Below, piece by piece: positions 54,429 to 64,000 of a stretch of DNA of 64,000 nt (its first letter is position 1; the number at the start of each line of letters is the position of its first letter). This DNA is from Octopus vulgaris. Lineage: Eukaryota. Below the pieces are notes generated by a model. That model was not told where the DNA came from. It searched no databases and saw only the letters and a program-made list of their open reading frames with translations. The stretch is from NCBI GenBank assembly GCA_951406725.2, contig OX597820.1:64418001-64482000 (forward strand), given 5' to 3'. Position numbers and translations under genes: made by a program.

Positions 54429-56015
54429 ATTATACATGAAGGTGTGGTGAGCATGTTGCCATGGAGATTTTACAGATTTTGATTAATAATAATGGATCTA
54501 ACTCAAAGATTCCGAACTAATAATTATATTTATCTTAAGCATAATGTCAGAATGTTTGATGGAAGGGATTTAGTCGATATCTTCGACCCCAATACGTGAC
54601 TGGTGTTGTGTATTGTCAACTTTAGAAGGAGGAATGCAAAGACACGTACCATGAGATTTGAACTTAATAAAGAGTCGGTATAAATGTCACAAGGCGTTTT
54701 TCCCGACGCTCAAACCATCCTGTCAAAATATATCTTGCTACAATATGCACAACGTCTGAAATGATTGGGAACGATGTTGATTTCATTGACTTTAGTACTC
54801 AACTGTTATTTATTTTATCGAAACCAAAATGATGAATGACAAATTAAACCTCGAATGCTTTTGAATGCCGAACATATAGCCGGAAAAATGCGTTTGAATA
54901 TTTTGTCCGGCATGCTATCTATTGTGAAAATAAATTATAAGCAGGATTTGTATCGTTGAAAAACAAAATGCATTACTTAAAAGACAATACCAAATAATCA
55001 AGACAACCCATCAACGCATACATTTTATTTTATTGTAATTCTTATTGCAATAAGCACAAGGCCTGTAGTTTTGTGGGTAGAGGCTAGTCGAGTACATGGA
55101 ACCCAATACTCAACTGGTACGTATTTTATCGACCCCGAGAGGCGTGAAATGCAAAGTCGACCTGAGTAGCATTTGAACTCAAAACTAAAGGGCGCGAGAC
55201 ATAACGCTAAGAATTATACTCACACGCTCACCATTCCCCCAACTCACCGGCCTTTGTAGCAAACTGTAATTAATTACTTACTTACATTCTGCTAGAAGGT
55301 TCGATCATGCATATTCAACGTGGTTAATGATCTTATGATGATTTATGTTTGTCCTATGCTTATGTTTTGAATATTACCATTTCTCTGGTCGCATTTACGT
55401 ATATTGTCGTTCCAAAATCTCATCCTGCCTAGGTAATTGAATCAATTATTATGGAGTATTGGTAGATCTTTGCACGGCAAAAGTGTCTGGTATTGATTTC
55501 GATCAAACGTGTTTTGGTTATTTGGACGGCTGTAATTTATCTAACTTTATCAGTCAAACACTTTATGAATATTTGCACGAGCAGAGCCTCTTAATAGCTT
55601 CACTATAAACTAACTGTTGTGTATATATAAGTCAGTAATATCATAACGTTCTCTCTACGAAACAAATTGTGGTTATTTGCCCGAGAGTAATCTCATAGCC
55701 GTATATCACCGAAATATTTGAGATGATTTACATCACAATAATTTTAGAAGTTCATTTTGTTGCACTCTTATTCTCTCTCACACTACACACACAAGGAAGT
55801 GAACTCTACTACTCACGTACATATTTCTTGTTAGCTAGGTCACTAGTATGTTATTCTCTCAATACATAAATGAATGTGTGTCTGTAGGGGGTCTGTCTGT
55901 GTATGTATGTATGTATATGTATATTGGTGTGTGTCTATATATAGATGTACACAAATGCATACGCAAATACGCAAACATACACACACATGCATACATGCAT
56001 ATTTACATACATATA

Positions 56016-56246
56016 TTTTAATTACTACCCACAAGGGGCTAAACACAGAGAGGACAAACAAGGACAGACAAAGGAATTAAGCCGCTTACATCGACCCCAG
56101 TGCGTAACTGGTACTTAATTTATTGACCCCGAAAGGATGAAAGGCAAAGTCGACCTCGGCGGAATTTGAACTCAGAACGTAACGGCAGACGAAATACGGC
56201 TACGCATTTCGCCCGGCGTGCTAACGTTTCTGCCAGCTCGTCGCCC
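56016..56246 (-). mobile_element. SINE family C, young full-length copy
   Basis: Perfect 15-bp TSD ATTTACATACATATA at 56001-56015 and 56247-56261. Confidence 0.9.
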
Positions 56247-56726
56247 ATTTACATACATATAGGCAAACAGACAGACACACACACAGTACAATAAAGCGTT
56301 CCCTTGCTGATCCATTGCGGTTAAGCATCCTAATTTATTTGAAACGTTCAATACTGAGTTCCGGATGCGGCAACAGTGAAACGTAAGTAGGGATTAAATA
56401 TCCGTACTGGTGTTTTTATCTTAATTTTCCACTATATATACATACATGCACATGCACACACACACTCGCACATTCACAGTCGCAAAAACACAAACACACT
56501 CACTTTCATATACATGTATTATATGTGTGCGTGGAGTGTACATTTTGATATATATATATATATATATACTTAATAATTAGGGTTCAGCAAATATTTGCTT
56601 TACCACATACCGAAGTTTAGAAATAGCAGCCAAAAAAACGTTAGCTATTTCTTCTACTTTAAAAAGGGACTCCCAGAAAAACCAAAGATACTTGAAAACA
56701 ATCCACACAGGCACAATATCTGGTCA

Positions 56727-56809
56727 CCTATGGACGCGCGTTTCGGAATTAGATTGGAATAAAGAATATAGACTTATACTTTACCAACCGTTTTCCCCAT
56801 CACCATAGG
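56727..56809 (-). ncRNA. Hammerhead-like motif with long stem II, inside a TA-flanked element (about 56570-57012)
   Basis: Minus: CCTATG-GTGATGG-GGAA...TTCC-GAAAC GCGC GTC-CATAGG; stem II extended by GTTGG/CCAAT, TAAAG/CTTTA, TATA/TATA. Confidence 0.65.
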
Positions 56810-58730
56810 ACTCCATCAATAATTAAATATTGAAATATTAAATTCGAAGGTACTGGAATAATTGAACATATATCTCTCCACCTAGCGGTATCAGACAGGT
56901 AGTATTCAGTGTTAGTACCGCCGAATTCAAAACATGAATGAGGTTCAATTACCTTCCCCTGCCCATTCTCGTGTGTCTTCAAATAAACTACTACAGACAA
57001 AAAATCTCCCTGATATATATATATCACACAAATAAACTAAATTTTGAACTCGATATAGTTGAAAGAACAGCTTAAAAAATTGAGTAAATACTTCTGGAAA
57101 GCGAGAAAAGTGGGCATAGGTGGCAACTGAGAGGCGGAACTTGTACCTCTCAAATACCGCCTCACCCTATTTCTAGGCTGCATTCACAGCTATCCCGCAT
57201 TGCCGTTAATTTTTTTTCAAATACCAACATGCCCAACGCTTTTCTTTTATGAGACAGATAGGCAGACAGAAAAAAAACACACACACACAGATGGCTAGAT
57301 ATATAATTACATAATAAGACAGCTAGATATGTGTGTATATATACATTATATATATACTTAGATATGTATGCATATAAATATATATATATACATGAAAAGT
57401 ATGTACATGTGTATGTATGACTATATTTAAATACAATATATGTAATATACACATATACATATTTATAATGCGTTTTTATGCGTGTGTCATGTGTACACAC
57501 ATACGTGCACATATGTCATGCATTTTCCATTTAGCAAAATGCCTTTATCAGCTTTCGACCAGAGATCACAATGACTTCAACACCATCTGGGAGTAACCAA
57601 GAAGCAACAAAAAAAAAATACCCCAGGGGTCCGTATTTTATATTATTTTGCTCTTTCTATACAACAGTTGGTCCTTCATAGTTTATATACCCACCGCGCC
57701 AATTACTCTGCGGCTATATTCCTCTCAAACATTCCTTTAATTTTTTAGTCTACTTCATGATGAAGATAGGCTGTTTCTTGACAGATCTTTAACTCTTCGA
57801 GATTTTAATTGATTTCCACTCGTGTGTTATTAGCAATTATATTTATCTTATTTAAATTTTTTTTTTTTTATATATATTTACGATGAAGAATTTTCAGTCG
57901 CTATCTTTAGTTCCTGAATCGAATGTCAGCTGTTATTCTTCAGTGCATTAGTAACGAAGAAGAATACTGTAGATTCAGTTACACAGTCACGATATCCCAC
58001 TTTGAATTCATTGTCTTTAATACTTGGTCCCTCTTATATTCCTCGTGTTGATGCATATGTGTGCCTTAACTTAACTAGCAAAATAATTTGCAGTGTATAT
58101 TGTTTTAGCGACAACGTTGTATCATACAAAGAGAGGGTATGTATGAATGTAAGAATGAATATATATATACAATAATTATAACGGTAATGCTTATGGAGAC
58201 TAGTATAACCTCAGCATTTATTTCCTTTATTTCACTATGCCATACACCATATTGTTATAGTTACGACGACCTACACGTGTTTCAACTGCAGATACTAAAA
58301 GCAGTTGCGTATCCAACAGGGCATAATTTTTTGTGCAGCTTCGTTCAGGGTCTTTCAACCAGCTAGGCTCGAAGCGAGCTGAATTTAGTTTTATATTGAT
58401 AAGTGTGCAGGGGAACGTAAGGGGAGGTTGTTCTTAACCTGAAATACAATCTGGTTGTAAACTTCTATGGTTGATCTCGGCATCACACCAGTTGTTGGCC
58501 GTAGTCAGGGTTTATCTACTTAGGTCAAAGTTTCCGTTATTGTTTTGCCAGGCTTCTTTGTATTGTATTCGATGGGTACTTAATGAACCTTCTTTCAAGA
58601 ATAGTTCCTGTAATGTATTATTTTTTAGGGTGGTTCAGTTCCATGTTAAGTTCTTAGTTATTCAGATATTTTTGTGGCGGGCTGTGATATTTATTATACT
58701 GGGTAAAGGAATATATATATATATATATAT

Positions 58731-59020
58731 AAACTACAGAGAGTCTGTGTCGGATAAGTCGACAGGATATTCATAAATACATTGGGAAAGAGGAAAAAGA
58801 TATAGGAAGATGCTTATGTAGTGTTGAGTCTACCAGTGTAAAGACTATATCTGTTTAGGCCATAGGATGTTTTTAAAAACATCCGTTGGACAAAACAGTA
58901 ATAGTTCCTACACAGATAGACTCAACACTGCATAAGCATCTTCCTGTATTTCTTTTTCCCCTTTAACAACCTATTTATGAATATCCAGTCGACGTATCCG
59001 ACACAGGCTCTGTGTAGTTT
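58731..59020. mobile_element. 290-bp foldback (MITE-like) palindrome
   Basis: AAACTACAGAGAGTCTGTGTCGGATA... pairs with ...TATCCGACACAGGCTCTGTGTAGTTT all the way to the central GGATGTTTTTAAAAACATCC. Confidence 0.85.
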
Positions 59021-59353
59021 CCTAGTAATATTCTTTTCGTAAAATATTTTCTTGATGTTTTCTTCATCTTTTCCACTGAAGCGAATGGTAACACATAATT
59101 GAATTAATGTCATTTAATTGTTATTATAATTAAATTTTTCCATGTTTTCTTACATGCTGGTAATATTGTTCGAAACGATCGTATGCTTGAATTAAAATTT
59201 TACATAAACGTTTAACATTATCTCGTCTCCATTTTGTAATTGTTAGTAGAATTTATATAAGATTTTATCCTATAAATGTTCATAACATACTTTTTACACA
59301 CACACATTTATATATATGTATCTTTATACATATATAAATATATATTTATATAC

Positions 59354-59421
<68 letters not shown>

Positions 59422-59770
59422 TTATATATATGTAACTGTATATAAATATCTATGTACCAATGTATCTCTCCCTCTCTGTATATATGTGAGTGTGTGTGTG
59501 CGTGAGTGTGTGCGTGTATGTATGCATGTATGTATATATACCTTCTTAAAAGCTCATGACTGAATCTAAATCCTTTCAAGCATGACAAATAACGAGGATA
59601 TATGTTCGCGTATAAGTATACATACTCAATTTCATTTCTCTGCCTCTATATCAGTATCATTAACTTTCTCTCTTTGTTCATTACTTATTTACACACACAC
59701 AAATACACATAGACAGAAACACATACAAACACACTACACAAAAACACATACACAGACACACACACATACA

Positions 59771-59867
<97 letters not shown>

Positions 59868-59985
59868 GTGTGTGTATGTATCTATATGAATGTTTGCAAA
59901 CATATAAAGATATACAAGTCTCTGTGTTTTGGGAGATACCTGTATACTTCCATATATATATATATAAATATACATACATACATAC

Positions 59986-60025
<40 letters not shown>

Positions 60026-60737
60026 CGTATTGTTTAACAAAGTAGATGTGGGGTAGAAATGTTGTTGAGTGGGAGGGATAGGTATATTCAGACACTAGTC
60101 GAACAGACAGACAGGCAGAAATTTCATTTCGACATTTAATATGTTTTCTGAAGAACAAGCAGTACAATTTTATTCTGTTGAGAACTTTTCAGAACCATTT
60201 CTGTCAAATCTAATCCATAACTTATTTGCTAAGTGATTTTTTTTTATCTTTTATTCCAAATTAACCAAAATCTGATAAACGTTGTTCGGAAACCGCTACT
60301 TGTCTAAGTCAGAAAGAAGTTACACGGCCCGGTGACGGTGATACACACTCGGTGTTCTTAAAAATCAAACAGGTTCAAAAGCATCTGAGAAATGTTTTGA
60401 CAGGAAGATTTAAAGACGGATTTAATTGCTCGATTTTTCTCTTAAAAACTTCAGTCAAATCTATTACTGTGAATGTAAGTATATGTATGAATGTATATAT
60501 ATCTATGTATACATGTATGTATGTACGTCTGTGTGTATGAGTTAGTGTACGTATGCCACGGCATAGTTATTACGTCTGAGAAATATTTCCTTCTTAAAGG
60601 AATTGTTATTGGTCTTCTCTTGTTTCGGGATTATATATATACACAATACATATAAAGAGAGAGAGAGCGAGAAAGAGATAGTCAGATAAATAGACAGACA
60701 TATAGGTAGATAAGTAGATAGATAGATAGACAGATAC

Positions 60738-60770
<33 letters not shown>

Positions 60771-60950
60771 GAGAGAGAGAGAGAGAGAGACTGACAGACA
60801 GACAAACGGGCAGACAGAGGTAAATGGCTAGCGAGCTAGAAATATAGATATAGACCGTTTTTTCTTAACCTCCTTTTCTGTCTTAGTTGATAACTTTATA
60901 GACAAGAAATATTTCTTCATTACGTAACTTCTTTTTTTCTTCTTATTCAA

Positions 60951-60999
<49 letters not shown>

Positions 61000-61447
61000 G
61001 ACAGGTAGATACATTTATAGATAGCCAGAGGGCGAGTGAGAGAGAGGAGAAAATAGACAGGGATAGCTAGCGTATATGTATATATGAACATTAATTCTAC
61101 TGTATGTCCAGTTACATATAAAACACAATTTAATATTAAAAAAGATAACCAGATTATATTGTATTTTTTGTGGGGTAGTTATTAACCTTTGCACACACAC
61201 ACAGACACACTCATACACACACAGGTATATATATACATGGGTGTGTATGATTGTGTATGTAAGAATATATTACACAAAGAAGTTCCAACTTTGTCCGATT
61301 TTCACTTTTTACCCACAATCTTATAATAATATAATATAATGAATTGATAGAATATTAAATGTCCATTCTGATTAAACTTGAACTTTCATGCATTAAACTA
61401 TGCCATCTTCAGCCTCATATAGTGGTGATAGTTATGTTTTACGATTT

Positions 61448-61539
<92 letters not shown>

Positions 61540-61610
61540 CAGTTAACAGTTTGGAGCTGTATACTCAACAAGCAGGAATAAGAACACCTAATTATATATT
61601 TTTAGCCAAC

Positions 61611-61689
61611 TCTGATATGATTTGACTTTTAAATGGTTTCACTTATGGCAATGAATTTCTAAAGGCATGGAATCGAAACAGCTGTCAGA
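61611..61689 (+). ncRNA. Degenerate hammerhead-like motif
   Basis: TCT-GATAT-GATT...AATC-GAAAC AGCT GTC-AGA; 3' half canonical, 5' core damaged. Confidence 0.45.
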
Positions 61690-61692
61690 AAA

Positions 61693-62460
61693 ACTTACAG
61701 AGTACATTGGTCCACAGGGTTATTCAATATGGGTGATGATAAATCTTTCGAAGTACACATTACCAGGATGGCGACAAAGTGCAGACGACTGGCTGGATGG
61801 ATCATGAGAACTTTCACAACCAGAGATAAAGAAATCATGATGAACCTTTGGATGACATTCGTCCTCAGTTACCTGGTTTATTGCACCCACCTATGGTCAC
61901 CCAACAGTCTAAAATTAACAGCGGACCTTGAAGCAATCCAGAGAATATTCACAAAGAATATCGTCTCTTTGCAACTTCTCAGCTACGGGGAAAGGCTGAA
62001 ACAGCTAAGACTCTGCTCCCTGGATAGAAGGTGGGAGTGATATTCATTAATATACATCTGGAAAATCCTGGATGGAAGTGTGCCAAATTTTGGCATTGAA
62101 AGCTACACTAATGCTGGAACAGAACTTCACAGTACCAAAGATCCCAGCAACGTTTCAGGACCAGTTACTGCAACAGCCTGGGATTCAGGGGCCCGCCGCT
62201 TTTTAATATTCTTCCAATGAACCCGAGGAATCTGCACGAAGTAGACGTAGGCGATTTTAAATCAAATCTGGAATTTTCCTGTCGAGATTCCAGATATACT
62301 TACCTCACGCCAAGAGGTGCAAATGAGGGTAGCTACATCAAACTACATTCTTCACCATGTGCCACATATTGGAGGCTCTCAGTAATAGCAGCATAGCAAA
62401 AGGGTGGTGCAACAGCATGGCCGCAGCTCTGAGCTGAAACTACAGAAAAAATTAAAAACA
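61693..62460 (+). mobile_element. 5'-truncated CR1/L2-group LINE related to the 17.2-20.8 kb element
   Basis: KCRRLAGWIMRTFTTRDKE..FVLSYLVYCTHLWSP..LEAIQR, IYIWKILDG, YCNSLGFRGP align with 20130-20760; same 3' UTR motif. Confidence 0.9.
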
Positions 62461-62496
62461 ATTATTAATCATCACTCTATTTTCTTATCTCCTTAA

Positions 62497-62533
<37 letters not shown>

Positions 62534-62695
62534 GCATGTATGCATGCATGTATGTATTTATGTATGTATGCATGTATGTATGTATGTATGTATGTATGTA
62601 TGTATGTATGTATGTATGTATGTATGTATGTATGTATGTATGAATGTATGTATGTATCTATGTGTGTATCTATGTATGTATCTATGTATGTATGT

Positions 62696-62905
62696 ATTCG
62701 AGAGGAGGACTTAAACGACATGCAAAGGTACATGAATCCCAGCTACAACTACAGCCGGCTATTACCGGTAAAGGTTTTAGTTGCCAATCCTGTACAAGAC
62801 ATTGTAGATCTTTAGCTATGCTAAAAAGTTACATTCGATCACAGCACCAATAACAGTTAAGCTTCGTGCAATGGGCATACTCGATAACGAGGGGGCAGCC
62901 ATCAT
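62696..62905 (+). mobile_element. Probable RTE-clade LINE 3' end with C2H2-like zinc fingers, in (GTAT)n
   Basis: SRGGLKRHAKVH...FSCQSCTRHCRSLAMLKSYIRSQH*, then a short UTR with hairpin CTCG-ATAA-CGAG and a microsatellite tail. Confidence 0.55.
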
Positions 62906-62989
62906 GTATGTATGTATGCAAGTAAACTCTCATTATTGTTTGCGAGATGTCAGACTTAATCTTCTAACATTTCAATCGATGAAATTAGT

Positions 62990-63470
62990 CATTGGCTTCT
63001 TTAAACGCAAAGGTCTGAGTATTTCTTGATGATGTGACAACGTAACGAAACTCCAGTGTCGCTAGAATCCATTCCTCCGATGAGCCGAGTGTGCTATGAA
63101 CACATTGTAGTCTTAGCAAATGAATGAATACTATACATCAGTTCCCAATTCCAGGTACGTATTAAGAAGTAATATGGAAAATCTCACACACGCAAGCACG
63201 CCCAGACACACATATGTGTGTATGTGTATATATATAAATATATATGTAACAACATGTGAATCGTTGGCGATTTGCTTCCTCTGCCATTCTCTGTATTGGA
63301 CTTTCTACTGTTTCTGAAGAAGACCTTTGCTCGAAACGTTAAACCATCTTTCTTTCCCTGAGCATATGATAATACGTTACATGTACCACGTCCTCGTGTT
63401 GTTGTGCCTTTTTTGTGTTTGTTCTTCTTTTGGGGGATTTACTACATATGTATATATATATATATGTATA

Positions 63471-63555
<85 letters not shown>

Positions 63556-63601
63556 GTCACATCATCAAGAAATACTCAGACCTTTGAGTTTAAAGAAACC
63601 A

Positions 63602-63604
<3 letters not shown>
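62990..63604. repeat. 50-bp inverted repeats (62990-63039 and 63555-63604) overlapping a hammerhead-like motif
   Basis: Arms differ at about 2 positions; left arm runs into TTGATGA-T-GTGAC aac GTAAC-GAAAC (63026-63051). Confidence 0.75.
63310..63344 (+). ncRNA. Minimal hammerhead motif in family H copy (63250-63445)
   Basis: GTTT-CTGAAGA-A-GACC ttt GCTC-GAAAC GTT-AAAC; canonical core, one stem II mismatch. Confidence 0.6.
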
Positions 63605-63697
<93 letters not shown>

Positions 63698-64000
63698 TAT
63701 AAGAAAATAGAGAAAACATTTAATCAGCAAACAAAACAATTGACCAACATCGGTTGATTATATTTTAATACAAAATATAAACAACCAACGTTGGTGAATT
63801 TGTTTCTCTGTTGTTTAAAAGTATTCTCCATTATCTGATTACATAAATTTAATACCTGATAAAGATTTGTTTATTCTGTTGTTACCTGTAAACTATGAGC
63901 ATAGTATCCCTGCATACATATACCCAGGAATAGCAGAGGTAATTAATATCGATAGTATACTGTTATTTCTTAGACGCTTATTACAACCGCTAAGTATGCC

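Noticed and set aside
58455-58500. CTGGTTG...CACCAG possible hammerhead remnant
   Set aside because: Core and stem II too degenerate

Overview
AT-rich, microsatellite-dense animal non-coding DNA. The SINE families and (TA)n/(GATA)n/(AAT)n load suggest an octopus or other coleoid cephalopod (inference). I can support no intact host protein-coding gene; most ORFs in the track are microsatellite translations. The window is a transposon graveyard: a 3.6-kb CR1/L2-group LINE (CCCH-finger ORF1, APE+RT ORF2, disrupted) plus a 3' fragment of a relative, a Penelope GIY-YIG fragment, a decayed mariner, two tandem non-autonomous Helitrons, RTE-like and restriction-endonuclease LINE ends, four tRNA-derived SINE families and a 290-bp foldback. 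The most striking signal is about a dozen type-I hammerhead-ribozyme-like motifs with palindromic stem III. Most lie beside (TA)n arrays, several sit inside long inverted repeats, and several show compensatory U3-A8 or G3-C8 core pairs. All alignments were done by eye and coordinates of degenerate elements are approximate.
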